Source: the human T2T-CHM13v2.0 reference genome, Homo sapiens | Assembly: GCA_009914755.4 (NCBI GenBank) | Contig: CP068257.2 | Location: forward strand, 2,176,001 to 2,240,000 | Reading direction: 5' to 3' | DNA length: 64,000 nucleotides | In this document: piece by piece, positions 11,917 to 26,999 of the stretch | Position numbering within the stretch: the first letter of the stretch is position 1 | Layout of the letters: every line of letters begins with the position of its first letter | Translations under genes and position numbers: made by a program | Notes under the pieces: model-generated | What the model was told of the DNA's origin: nothing | The model's database searches: none | Seen by the model: the letters and a program-made list of their open reading frames with translations, nothing else

Positions 11917-12129
11917 GGCTGGGCGCGGTGGCTCACGCCTGTAATCCCAGCACTCTGGGAGGCCGAGGTGGGCAGATCACAAGGTCAGGAGATCGAGACC
12001 ATCCTGGCTAACACGGTGAAACCCCGTCTCTACTAAAAATACAAAAAATTAGCTGGGTGAGGTGGCGGGCGCCTATAGTCCCAGCTACTCAGGAGGCTGA
12101 GGCAGGAGAATGGCATGAACCCGGGAGGC
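11917..12129 (+). mobile_element. Alu, 3'-truncated
   Basis: GGCTGGGCGCGGTGGCTCACGCCTGTAATCCCAGCAC... ends abruptly at ...GAACCCGGGAGGC. Confidence 0.9.
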
Positions 12130-12135
12130 AAAACT

Positions 12136-12252
12136 TCAGGTTTTGCCAAGAATGACACTGTAAATGTAACAAAGCTTCTGTGCTTGTTAGTGAACACCAA
12201 ATCAGCTACTCTCCTGTATTCGGAGATCAGGATGAAATGAAAAGAACAAGCA
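12136..12252 (+). repeat. ~117 bp unit, ~96% identical to the reverse complement of 51874-51991; both abut an Alu 5' end
   Basis: direct comparison: TTCAGGTTTTGCCAAGAATGACACTGTAAATGTAACAAAGCTTCTGTGCTTGTTAGTGAACACC... versus the reverse complement of 51874-51991; about 4 mismatches. Confidence 0.85.
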
Positions 12253-12554
<302 letters not shown>

Positions 12555-13267
12555 ACCCCCAACCTTGTCTAGACTGTGGGGTTTCAGTTTCACCCCAGGG
12601 GGGTCCTGGTTGGGTTAGAACCCTGAATCTCGTTTGAGTTCGAACCCTAAAGAATAAAGGGAATAAAGGCTGTAGCTACTGAGCTACTCAATCTGGTCTG
12701 GTTCTGGCTTTTGTGTGTCTATCTGTATTTTTGGTCTAAATATTTGGCCCAACAGAGGTTAAAGGCTTTGATGTTCTCAGCAAAAGCCTTGTGAGATTTC
12801 TAGTTTATCTGTGTGCTCAATTGGAACAAAGAGACTCAATAAACTAGAAAAACCTAAAGAAAATGGCACACGTGAAAAATTGAGAGCCAACTCCTGTTTG
12901 TTGTTCTGTCCACCTCCCTCTCTCACTCCTCCTTCTGCCTTTGCTGTGGTCCCATGGTGTTTCTGTCTTTCCGGGGACCTGAGATTCAGTGTAGGAGTGA
13001 AGTCCATGATTTTAAAGCCTTCATGTCTCTGCTTTTTAACTCTGCCTGCTTTGCTGAGCTCTTATAATGAGAAATAAACTATTCAGAACAGGTACAACAG
13101 GGCATCAGAAAACCAACTTCAGGCAGCGCTCCGGCAAGTACCTCCCTAGAGGGGAAGGGCTTACTAAAGGAGATTTAATCTTGAAAAGGCCAAAATGAGA
13201 AGCTCTAACCTTTAGCTTGCTAGGTTTTCTGGGACTCGAGCTGGCTATATATTATGGACCATTCTAG

Positions 13268-13982
<715 letters not shown>

Positions 13983-14221
13983 CTCTAGTGCACACTTTAA
14001 ACCTGACGGCCAAATTACATGAAAGAAAATTCAGAACTCAAATAGTTACTATTTTTAAAAACCCTAAAATGAAAAAGTCTCAGTTCTTTTGCCTATCTTT
14101 TTTTTTTCCCTGCCTACTTTGAATCTGCTGATTTGTCTACTGGTGTTGAGATAAGACTTACTGTCTGTGGTGTTACCAATTCAAGGTTACTTGGCTGAAG
14201 AAAAACAAAAGAATGAAACAA

Positions 14222-14539
<318 letters not shown>

Positions 14540-15018
14540 CAAAAGAGTTCTTTTATAAATGCAAATAATTTAAAAAGTACTGATAAAATAAAAATAGAAA
14601 TGTCTTCAGAATTGTCAGCATACATTTTTGACTGTGTTTTATATTTACATTTGCTAGATATTTTAAGGTGCTAGGGTTTGGCATGAAGGTTATAAAGCTA
14701 TAAACACAGGAAAAAAAGAATATTTGTTTATGTGATTTTTTAAATACATAAGACCAATTTAATACGGTTTGTTGAACAAAAATAATGGAATTTTCTGAGT
14801 TATTGGTAAAATACCCTTGTATTTAACTTTGAAATCCTCACTTATGTGAACACCTGATATTCACAGGCTATAACATGGTTAACAAGAAAATAACCTAGAA
14901 ATGATGACTAGCTTTGTCTAATACCTCAGTTCTCACAAATACTCTAGATAAACTGTCAAAAATAAGTAAATGTAAATGGATAAATGTCTATACAAGACAT
15001 TTTAATGTATTTTTGAAA

Positions 15019-15292
15019 TTTTTTTGAGCCAATGTCTCTGCCTGTCACCCAGGCTGAAGTGCAGTGGCATGATCACAGCTCATTGCAACCTTGACCTCCT
15101 GCACTCAAGGGATCCTCCCACCTCAACCTCCCAAGAAGTTGTTAATTACAGGCATGCAACACCATGGTCAGCTAACTTTTATTTTTTTTTGTAGAGTCAG
15201 CATCTCGCTATTTGCTCAGGCTGGTCTCACGATACTCCTGCCTTGGCCTCCTAAAGTGTTGGGATTACAGGTGTGAGCCACCATGCCCAGCC
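15019..15292 (-). mobile_element. Alu (older)
   Basis: TTTTTGAGCCAATGTCTCTGCCTGTCACCCAGGCTGAAGTGCAGTGG...GGGATTACAGGTGTGAGCCACCATGCCCAGCC. Confidence 0.85.
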
Positions 15293-15371
15293 TATTTTTG
15301 AAATTTTAGTTATGTTAAATTAAATAATAGATACTCATTAAATATCTGGGTTATTTCCAATTTAAAACTTA

Positions 15372-15704
<333 letters not shown>

Positions 15705-16850
15705 TCATTCTCATATGTAAGATACTGCTATATGACAATTCAAGATTTCTTTCTTCCTAAGTTTTTTATTAAAATAAGGGTTACTAAGTGTTAATATCTT
15801 GGTAGATATATGTGATTAAGACTACTAGATACAAGAGAAACAATTCTGTATGCAAAATCTATACGGGTTTTTGTTTCAGAGAAAGTAAATTCGCTTAGAG
15901 ATTTTTAAGGATTATTTTAAATTGAAGGAATAAAAAAGATAGATAAAACTAAATGTGTATAAAAAGTTGGGAAAGATGGAAAAAATTATACAAGGTTATT
16001 AAAAGTTTATGTAAATCTTACCTCGAGGTCAAAACTGATTGAGATCAGATAGATTGTTTATAAAGTTTATTTAAATTAGCTGTAATATTAAAAACATAGT
16101 GATAAAAAACAAAAAAATTTGGTTAAAACAACAAGGTTTTCTTAATGCATTTATTTGCTCATAATAAGAGGTAATAAATATTGACTTTTAATCCTGATAT
16201 CTGTTACTATAAAATCTTTTCAGATTTGTATATCAGAAGTTCAACGTTTCCTGTACTTTCATGTTACACATGACTCACAGATCACATCATTGTCTTCTGT
16301 TTCTTCTTGAGAAGGAATAAAAGGCTTGGGTTTCCTGCTTGGCTGGGATGATAACTCCTTCAACTTTTTCATCAGGTCTAATTTTGTACTCTTGGCTTTT
16401 AAATATGTCTTAATTACTTCATGTAACCAGGATACAGCAGGAAACTTCCATGCTATCATTGTGAGCTATGGATCCCCACTGCTCTATGCTCTGGTTTTCC
16501 TGTTTACATTCCTCTGTAATATTATGCTCACTCATGACCCTGGACACACTCTTTCTATGTCTAATTAAATTCAAGTCTCCGTGTCATCGGTTTGACTTCC
16601 AAGTGATTTAAATTAGCTTCCCATAAGAAGACACAATTATGCCACAGGAGCTTTTACCCTTTAAATGACTGGCCTGTAATAAAGATTTTAGGTTTTATCA
16701 AGATAATCCATGTGTTGCCTTTATTGTTTTTTTAATTACTTGGGAAAACTGAGGGTTTTCAGTTTTCACATCCATGTAACCTTCTATGTTGCTTTTGATG
16801 TCTTTTGGTTGTCATGTTAATTAAATGAATGTTATTTAAAAATGACATGT

Positions 16851-17158
16851 GGCTGTGTGCAGCTGCTCTTGTCTGTAATTCCAGCCCTTTGGGAGGCCAA
16901 GGTGGGTGGATCACTTGAGCCCAGGAGTTCAAGTCCAGCCTGGGCAAAATGGCAAAACCCCATATCTACTAAAAATACAAAAGCTAGCTAGGTGTGGTAG
17001 CAAGTGCTCATAGTCCTGGCTACTTGGGAGACTAAGGTGGAGATCACCTGAGCCTGGGAGGTTGAGGCTGCAGTGAGCCATGATTTCACCACTGCACTCC
17101 AGCCTGGGCAACAGGGTGAGACCCTGTCTCAAAAAAATAATAAAATAAAAAACAATAA
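16851..17158 (+). mobile_element. Alu (AluJ-like)
   Basis: GGCTGTGTGCAGCTGCTCTTGTCTGTAATTCCAGCCCTTTGGGAGGCCAAGG...CCAGCCTGGGCAACAGGGTGAGACCCTGTCTC. Confidence 0.85.
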
Positions 17159-17270
17159 ACTACCATTCCGTTTTGGTCAAATGTTTTCAATTTTTTGACA
17201 TCTTTGCTAAAACTTAGTTGATAACATTGTATGGGAAGCATTGCCAAAAGATAAGTAACACTAAATCTTC

Positions 17271-17564
17271 TTTTTTTTTTTCTCTGAGACAGAATCTTGC
17301 TTTGTCACCCAGGCTGGAGTGCTGTAGCATGATCTAGTTTCACTGCAAATTCTGCCCCAAGGTTCAAGCAATTCTTCTGCCTCAACCTCCCAAGTAGCTG
17401 GGACTACAGACAAGTGCCACCATACCCGGCTAATTTTGTATTTTTAGTAGAGACAAGATTTCTCCATGTTGGCCAGGCAGGTGTCGAACTCCTGACCTCT
17501 GATGATCTGTCCAACTTGGCCTCCCAAAGTGTTGGGATTACAGGCATGAGCCACTGTGCCCAGC
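17271..17564 (-). mobile_element. Alu
   Basis: TTTTTTTTTTTCTCTGAGACAGAATCTTGCTTTGTCACCCAGGCTGGAGTGC...GGGATTACAGGCATGAGCCACTGTGCCCAGC. Confidence 0.9.
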
Positions 17565-17937
17565 TTAAATCTTCTTTTGGTTACATTTATAGGTATGTTA
17601 TTAATATAAATATTTTAAAAGTTATATAAATTATAAAAATCTAATAGGGTTTCAGTCATAATTTTGATGATGTTAAATATTTTCTAAAGTTGTATGTGTA
17701 TAGATATATTATTAATATAAATATTCTAAAGATTATATAAAATTTCTGGAAGTCTGATGGATCTGATGTGTTGCCATCAGTCATGATTCTGGCTGTTATC
17801 TTAAAATGCTACATATAATACAAATAACTAAATTTTCTCGAGATTTGAGAACTTCCACTGGAATTTAACCAACGGCTATTCTAAGTTTTTGTCATCCACG
17901 GTGATTGATTAAAGTTCTTCTCTAAAACCCTTTACAG

Positions 17938-18277
17938 GCCGGGCACGGTGCTGGAGGCCATGCAGGGCACGGTGCTGGGCATGGTGCAGGGCATGGAGGC
18001 TCATGCGTGTAAATATCCCAGCACTTTGCAAGGCTGAGGTGGGTGAATTGCTTAAACTAAGAAGTTTGAAAGCAGCCTAGGCAATATGGTAAAATCCCAT
18101 CTCTACAAAAATACAAAAATTAGCCAGGCATGATGGTGCATGCCTATGGTCCCAGCTACTTCGGAGGGTGAGGTAGGAGGATGGCTTGAGTTTGGGAGGG
18201 AGAGATTGCAGTGAACCAAGATCATGCCACTGCACTCCATCCTGAGTGATAGAGCCAGACCGTGTCTCAAAAAAAAA
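17938..18277 (+). mobile_element. Alu with a tandem micro-expansion of its 5' end
   Basis: GGCCGGGCACGGTGCTGGAGGCCATGCAGGGCACGGTGCTGGGCATGGTGCAGGGCATGGAGGCTCATGCGTGTAAATATCCCAGCACTTTG...: repeated GGCACGGTGCTGG motif before the normal Alu body. Confidence 0.85.
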
Positions 18278-19321
18278 GCCTTTACAATCAGCTATCATCT
18301 AAATTACTTTTAATGGAAAGGATTCTGACAAGTCTCTTAAATATGGTTTCAGATAACTTTGGGGATCAAACCATTGAACTAGGAAAATCTTCCAGGACTC
18401 TAAAAAGCTGAATGAGAATTTCTAATTGAAATCAAGCAAAACACAAAAAACTGAATGAGAATTGCTATTTGAAATCAAGCAGAACAAGATTTAGTTACAT
18501 GGGAGTGAACTTATAAAAGAAGGAAAAGATTTTATCCATGGCCCTCCCATTAGAAACATTGTTGATCCTCTTTATGTTTTGTTTTCCAAAGTCAATAATT
18601 TTTTTTCTTTTCAGCTATTTTTAATTTACAATACATTAGATAAACTACATTGTGAACAAAAATTTGAGCCATTTATCTGTCTCTCTAGCTGATTTCTCCA
18701 GAATTCAGAAGCCATTCGTGAGCATTCTTAAATTATGGCAATATAATTATTTGCATAATTTCAATAAGAATCTGTTTTTGGTAACAAGATTCAATTGGAG
18801 ACACTGTTTGTTTTATCAAGGCTTTAACTCGAATGGCAGATACAACCAGACCACTTTAAGGAATTGAGGTTGACTTTATAGCACCAATACAAAGCCCCTT
18901 AGAATGACTGGCTTGATGTCCTGTATACAAAGGTCCTTTACAAAGTTGCTATTCTTGTGGTAAGAAATAAAGAATGTCACTTTCTGATGGGCCAGGAACC
19001 TCAAGATATTTGGGGACCTTGAGAAGAGAGGACTACACCCATTCATTAAAGTATTACAGGAGAGCTGGCAAGATGTCTGAATAGGAACAGCTCCGGCCTG
19101 CAGCACCCAGTGAGATCAACACAGAAGTCAGGTGGTTCATGCATTTCCGACTGAGCCTCCACTGGTGATACCCAGGAAAACAGGGTCTGGAGTGGACCTC
19201 CATCAAACTCGAGCAAACCTGCAGCAGAGGGACCTGACTGTTAGAAGGAAAACTAACAAACAGAAAGGAATAGTATCGACATCACCAACATCAAAGACCA
19301 AAGGTAAATAAATCCACAAAG

Positions 19322-20340
19322 ATGGGGAGAAACCAGTGCAAAAATGCTGAAAACTCCAAAAGTCAGAATGCCTCTTCTCCTCCAGAAGATCACAACTCCC
19401 CGCCAGCAAGGGAACAAAACTGGACAGACAGTGAGTTTGATGAATTGACAGAAGTAGGCTTCAGAAGGCGGGTAATAACAAACTCCTCCGAGCTAAAGGA
19501 GCATGTTCTAACCCAATGCAAGGAAGCTAAGAGCCTGAAAAATAAAGGTTAGACGAATTGTTAACTAGAATAACCAGTTTAGAGAAGAATATAAATGACC
19601 TGATGGAGCTGAAAAACCCAGCACAAGAACTTCATGAAGCATACACAAGTATCAATAGCTGAATCAATCAATCAGGAGAAAGGATATCAGAGATTGAAGA
19701 TCAACTCAATGAAATAAAGCAAGAAGACAAGATTAGAGAAAAAAGAGTGAAAAGAAATGAACAAAGCCTCCAAGAAATAGAGGACTATGTTAAAAGTCTG
19801 AATCTACGTTTGATTGGTGTACCTGAAAGTGACAGAAAGAATGGAACCAAGTTGGAAAAAACTCTTAAGGATATTATTCAGGAGAACTTCCCTAACCTGG
19901 CAAGACAGGCCAACATTCAAATTCAGGAAATACAGAGAACACCACTAAGATACTCCTCAAGAAGAGCAACCCCAAGACACAAAATCATCAGATTCACCAA
20001 GGTTGAAATGAAGGAAAAAATATTAAGGGCAGCCAGAGAGAAAGGTTGAGTTACCAACAAAGGGAAGCCCATCAGACTAACAGTGGATCTCTTGGCAGAT
20101 AGCCTACAAGCCAGAAGAGAGTGGGGGCCAATATACGACATTCCTAAAGAAAAGAATTTTCAAGCCAGAATTTCATATCCAGCCAAACTAAGCTTCATAA
20201 TTGAAGGAGAAATAAAATCCTTTACAAGCAAATGCTGAGAGATATTGTCACCACCAGGACTGCCTTACAAGAGTTCCTGAAGGAAGCACTAAACACGGAA
20301 AGGAACAACTGGTAACAGCCACTGCAAAAACATACCAAAT
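19322..20340 (+). pseudogene. ORF1: L1 ORF1 (disrupted)
   Basis: translations match L1 ORF1p (..FRRRVITNSSELKE.., ..LIGVPESD..FPNLARQANIQIQEIQRTP..). Confidence 0.85.
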
Positions 20341-20341
20341 T

Positions 20342-20683
<342 letters not shown>

Positions 20684-20699
20684 CTAATGAGCAAAATAA

Positions 20700-23600
20700 C
20701 CAGCTAGTATCATAATGACAGGATCAAATTCACACATAACAATATTAACCTTAAATGTAAATGAGCTAAATGTCCCCAGTTGAAAGACACAGTCTGGCAA
20801 GTTGGATAAAGAGTCAAGACCCATCAATGTGTTGTATTCAGGAGACCCATCTCATACACATAGGCTCAAAATAAAGGGATGAAGAAACATTTACCAAGCA
20901 AGTGGAAAGCAACAAAAGGCAGGGGTTGCAATCCTAGTTTCTGATAAAACAGATCTTAAGCCAACAAAGATAAAAAGAGACAAAGAAAGGCATTACATAA
21001 TGGTAAAGGGATCAATGCAACAAGAAGAGCTAACTATCCTAGACATATATGCACCCAATACAGGAGCACTCAGATTCATAAAGCAAGTTCTTAAAGACCT
21101 ACAAAGAGACTTAGGCTCCCACACAATAATAGTGGGAGACTTTAACACTCCACTGTCAATATTAGATAGATGAGACAGAAAATTAACAAGAATATCCAGG
21201 ACTTGAACTCAGCTCTGGACCAAGTGGACCTAAAAGATATCTACAGAACTCTCCACCCCAAATCAACAGAATGTACCTTCTTCTCAGCACCGCATTGTAC
21301 TTATTCTAAAATTGACCACATAATTGGAAGTAAAACACTCCTCAGGAAATGCAAAAGAATGGAAATCATAACAAACAGTCTCTCAGACCACAATGCATTC
21401 AAATTAGTATGCAGGATTAAGAAACTCACTCAAAACCTCACAACTACATGGAAACTGGGCAACCTGCTCCTGAATGACTACTGGGTAAATAACGAAATGA
21501 AGGCAGAAATAAAGATGTTCTTCAAAACCAATGAGAACAAAGACACAACGTACCAGAATCTCTGGGACACATTTAAAGCAGTGTGTAGAGGGAAATTTAT
21601 AGCACTAAATGCCCACAAGAGAAAGCAGGAAAGATCTAAAATTGACACCTTAACATCAAAATTAAAAGAACTAGAGAAGAAAGAACAAACAAATTCAAAA
21701 GCTAGGAGATGACAAGACATAAATAAGATCAGAGCAGAATTGAATGAGATAGAGACATGAAAAACCCTTCAAAACATCAATGAATCCAGGAGCTGGTTTT
21801 TCGAAAAGATCAACAAAACAGACCACTAGCCAGACTAATAAAGAAGAAAAGACAGAAGAATCAAATAGATGTAATAAAAAATGATTAAGGGGATATCACC
21901 ACTGATCCCACAGAAATACAAATTATCATCAGAGAATACTACAAAGACTAAACCAGGAAGAAGTCAAATTCCTGAATAGACCAATAACAAGTTCTGAAAT
22001 TGAGGCATTAATCAATAGCCTACCAACCAAAAAAAGTCCAGGACCAGACGGATTCACAGCCAAATTCTACCAGAGGTACAAAGAGGAGCTGGTACCATTC
22101 CTTCTGAAACTATTCCAAACAATAGAAAAAGAGAATCCTCCCTAACTCATTTTATGAGGCCAACACAACAAAAAAAGGAAATTTTAGGCCAATATGCCTG
22201 ATGAACATCAATGCAGAAATCCTGAATAAAATACTGGAAAACTGAATCCAGCAGCACATCAAAAAGCTTGTCCACCATGACCAAGTTGGCTTCATCCCTG
22301 GGATGCAAGGCTGGTTCAACATGCAAATCAATAAATGTAATCCCTCACATAAACGGAATCAATGACAAAAACTACATGATTATCTCAATAGATGCAGAAA
22401 AGGCCTTTGACAAAATTCAACAGCCCTTCATGCTAAAAATTCTCAATAAACTGGTATTGATGGAACGTATCTCAAAATATTAAGTGCTATTTATGGCAAA
22501 CCCACAGCCAATAACATACTGAATGTGCAAAAACTGGAAGCATTCCCTTTGAAAATCAGCACAAGACAAGGATGCCCTCTCTCACTACTCCTATTCCACA
22601 TAGTGTTGGAAGTTCTGGCCAGGGTAATCAGGCAAGAGAAAGAAATACAGGGTGTTCAATTAGGAAAAGAAGAAGTCAAATTGTCTCTGTTTGCAGATGA
22701 CATGATTATATATTTAGAAAACCCCATCGTCTCAGCCCAAAATCTCCTTAAGCTGATAAGCAACTTCAGCAAAGTTTCAGGATACAAAATTAATGTGCAA
22801 AAATCACAAGCTTTCTTATACACCAATAACAGACAAACAGAGAGCCAAACTATGAGTGAACTCCCATTCTCCATTGCTACAACAAGAATGAAATACCTAG
22901 GAATACAACTTACAAGGATGTGAAGGACCTCTTCAAGGAGAACTATAAACCACTCCTCAAGGAAACAAGAGAGGACACAAACAAATGGAAAAACATTCCA
23001 TGCTCATCAATAGGAAGAATCAATATCGTGAAAATGGCCATACTACCCAAAGTAATTTATAGATTCACTGCTATCCCCATTAAACTCTATTGACTTTCTC
23101 CACAGAATTGGAAAAATATATTTTAAATTCCATATGGAATCAAAAAAGAGCCCGAATAGCCAAGACAATCCTAAGCAAAAAGAACAAAGCTTCAAGCATC
23201 ATGCTACCTGACTTCAAACTATACTACAAGGCTATGATAAACAAAAGAGCATGGTACTGGTACCAAAACAGATATATAGATCAAAGGAACAGAACCGAAC
23301 CCTCAGAAATAACACCACATATCTACAACCATCTGATCTTTGACAAACCTGAGAAAAACAAGCACTGAGGAAAGGATTCCCTATTTAATAAATGATGTTG
23401 GGAAAACTGGCTAGCCTTAGGCAGAAAGCTGAAACTGGATCCCTTCCTTACACCTTATATAAAAATTAACTCAAGATGAATTAAAGACTTAAACCTAATA
23501 CCTAAAGCCGTAAAAACCCTAGAGGAAAACCTAGGCAATACCATTCAGGACATAGGCATGGGCAAAGACTTCATGACTAAAACACCAAAAACAATGGCAA

Positions 23601-24370
23601 CAAAAACCAAAATTGACAAATGGGACCTAATTAAACTAAAGAGTTTCTGGACAGCAAAAGAAACTATGAGAGTGAAAGGGCAACCTACGAAATGGGAGAA
23701 AATTTTTGCAATCTATCCATCTGACAAAGACCTAATATCCAGAATCTACAAAGAACTTAAACAAATTTACAAGAAAGAACAATCCCATCAAAAAGTGGGC
23801 AAAGGATGTGAACAGACACTTCTTAAAAGAGGACAATTATGCAACCAAGAAACATATGAAAAAAAGCTCATCATCACTAGTCATTAGAGAAATGCAAATC
23901 AAAACCACAATGAGATGCCATCTCATGCCAGTTAGAATGGCAATCATTAAAAAGTCAGGAAACAAAAGATACTGGAGAGGATGTGGAGAAATAGGATTGC
24001 TTTTACACTGTTGGTGGGAGTGTAAATTAGTTCAACCATTGTGGAAGACAGTGTGGCTATTCCTCAAGGATCTAGAACTAGAAATGCCATTTGGCCCAGC
24101 AATCCCATTACTGGGTATATACCCAAAGGATTATAAATCATTCTACCATAAAGACACATGCACACGTATGTTTATTGCAGGACTGTTCACAATAACAAAG
24201 ACTTGGAACCAACCCAAATGCCCATCAATTATAGACTGGATAAAGAAAATGTGGCACATATACACCATGGAATACTATGCAGCCATAAAAAAGGATGAGT
24301 TCATGTCCTTTGTAGGGACATGGATGAAGCTGGAAACCTTCATTCTCAGCAAACTAACACAAGAATAGAA
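20700..24370 (+). pseudogene. ORF2: L1 ORF2 (multiple frameshifts and stops)
   Basis: EN, RT and C-terminal domain ORF fragments listed above. Confidence 0.85.
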
Positions 24371-25799
24371 AACAAAACACCACATGTTCTCACTCATAAG
24401 TGGGAGTTGAACAACGAGAACACAAGCACACAGGGAGGGGAACATCACACACTGGGGCATGTTGGGGGTTGGGGGCGGGGGGAGGGATAGCATTAGGACA
24501 AATACCTAATATAGGTGATGGGTTGATGGGTGCAGCAAACCACCACAGCACATGTATACCTATGTAACAAACCTCAGCATTCTGCACGTGTACCCCACAA
24601 CTTAAAGTATAATAAAAACGTAGGTTAAAAAAAAGTATTACAGACACAGTATGATGCAAATCTTTGACTTGGCTAGCCTCAAGGCTTTTAAAAGTCTAAG
24701 ATTCCTTATTAGAAAGTTCCAACAAAGCCAATTTTAAGAAGCCTATATGGTCAATAAATATTCTTGCTGCACTTTATGCAAATAATCAGACCAGGTATGA
24801 TAAGACTAAAACTTATTTTGCACAGAAATTTGTCCTACTATGGTTTGTCTTTGATAAAATGATGGACTAGAGAGAGAAAATTCATGTTTCAAATGAAAAC
24901 TGTGACATATGCTATTAGATTCCAGCCCTGATCATTCTTTTCCGAGTTTTTATTATTTGCCTATAATTTGGGCTGAATCCTGAATTATTTCCTGGCTCCA
25001 AGTGTTCCCTAGTGAACCCAGATAAAATATATTTTTAAAAAACTTGTTTTATCCTGTCAGTAATGAGATGTATTTTTGTAGGACTACTTAAACTAGCAAT
25101 TACAATTCGATTATTATGATTATAGAATCTCGGGATTTATCTTCCTTCTTGTCAAGGTCTTTACCTGATGTTTGTCTCATTAAAAAAAAAAAGAAATCAG
25201 ACTGATTGCACTCTACTCAAGACTGAAGACATGTACTTTAACCTGTCTCTGTTACCAGTAAACCAAAGCCTTAAATTTCAGAATCCGTCAGGGACCCTGT
25301 GTGGTCCCTGGATCAAGCACACATGGGCTTATGAATGTGTTGACCGCTGGCATATGAGAGGTAATTGTCTATTAGGTTATGTGGCTCTTCCTCTTCCTAT
25401 TTATAACTCCAATGTTTCTGAACGCTGAAGTAGTTCATCGAAATTATTTTCCAGGATTAGACAAACCGTACCTGCAAACCAAGGAGATGAATTTTGGCCT
25501 ATGTTTGGCAGAAATCTCTTGCAATGGTGGGGAGTAACCTCTCATGAACGTATAATTAGAAATCTGTCAACCACTCTAGGTAACTTAGCAAATGAACTAG
25601 CTGAAGCCATAGCTACCAAATAAAGATCTTCAGACTCTTTAGCCAGGATAGTCATGGATGACGGAATAACTTTAGGCTACATAGTGGTGAAACAGGGAGA
25701 AACTCATATGGCAGCTAGCTAACACTTCATGTTGTGTTTAGATCCATACATCTTCTGAAGTTGAAACACGTGTAAAAAAATAAGACGATATGGGAATTA

Positions 25800-26340
25800 A
25801 TTATGACAAATCCTAGGGAAGAGGCTGAAAGAGCTGTAACACAAACAGGGCTGAGACATGCCCCTTGCTCGCCACATTGTGGGCAAAGAGAAGGAAAGAA
25901 GAGCTATGGCCCTTTGGGGAGCCCAGACCTGGGAGCTCCCTGAGCCAGAGCTGTGATTCCTTCTTTGGGGCCTTTGGTTCCTGATATCTCCAAGCTTCTG
26001 GGTGCCACTGTGTTCCCAGTGTGCCAGCTGTGGAAGCTTCTTGAGGTGCCCGTGGTCCAGCCACAGCCTTGTGGAGAGCTGGCGCCCGTGTTGGCACCTG
26101 GAGCTACCTGCTCCACTTCAGCAGCCAGCAAATCTGACTGCACAGTGGCCAGACCCCATGCTCACTCACACACCCCTTGCCACTCCATGCAGTCTCCCTT
26201 GGCAGGCATGGGATCCAACGTGGTAGCATGAGCAGAGCACAGCCTGCCAGGCTGAGTGTGCGGGGCCCAGCAAAACTCAGGCAAAGGTGCCACCAGTCAT
26301 AGAGGTTTCTGTCCAGAAAAGTAACACCCCAAAGATCCCA
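25800..26340 (-). repeat. unclassified interspersed repeat copy (~80-85% similar to 49300-49830 in the opposite orientation)
   Basis: reverse complement aligns to 49300-49830 (e.g. CACTTTTCTG..CCTCTGGCTGGTGGCACCTTTACCTG...GGCTCCCTGAAGGGCCACAGCTCTTCT...CAGCCCTGTTTATGTTACACCTCTTTCAGCC). Confidence 0.7.
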
Positions 26341-26999
26341 TAACACCGCTACTCTTCCCAGCCTCTGGAAACTCTCAGTCTACTCTCTATCTTGATGAGT
26401 TCAATTGTTTTAATTTTTAGCTCCCACAAATGAGTGAGAACATGCGAAGTCTGTCTTTCTGTGCCTGGCTCATTGTACTTAACATAATTGTCCTCTAGTT
26501 CCATCCATGTTGTTGCAAATGACAGAATCTTATTCTTTTTCATGGCCGAAGAGTACTCCATTGTGTATATGTACTACATTTTCTTTATCCCTTCATCTGT
26601 TGATGCACACTTAGGTTGCTTCCAAATCTTGGCTATTATGAATAGTGCTGAAATAAATATGGGAATGCAGATATCTCTTTGATATACTAATTTTCCCTCT
26701 CTTGGGTATATACCCAGCAGTGGGATTGCTGGATCATATGATAGTTCTATTTTTAATTTTTTGAGGGACCTCCATATTGTTCTCCATAGTGAATATACTA
26801 ATTTACATTCCCACCAACAGAGTAAGAGTGTTCCCTTTTCCCCAAATTCTTGAAAGCATTTGTTATTGCCTGTCTTTTGCATAAAAGCCATTTTAATGGG
26901 GTAAGATGATATATTTTTGTAGTTTTGATTTCAATTTCTGTCATGATCAATGATATTGAGCATCTTTTCATATACCTATTTGACATTTATATATGTTCT

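Noticed and set aside
12555-13260. Possible 3' LTR or env remnant of the provirus after the Alu pair
   Set aside because: It does not resemble either LTR-like block of units A or B. It contains AATAAA motifs, but I cannot assign it to a family from sequence alone, so it is left unannotated.
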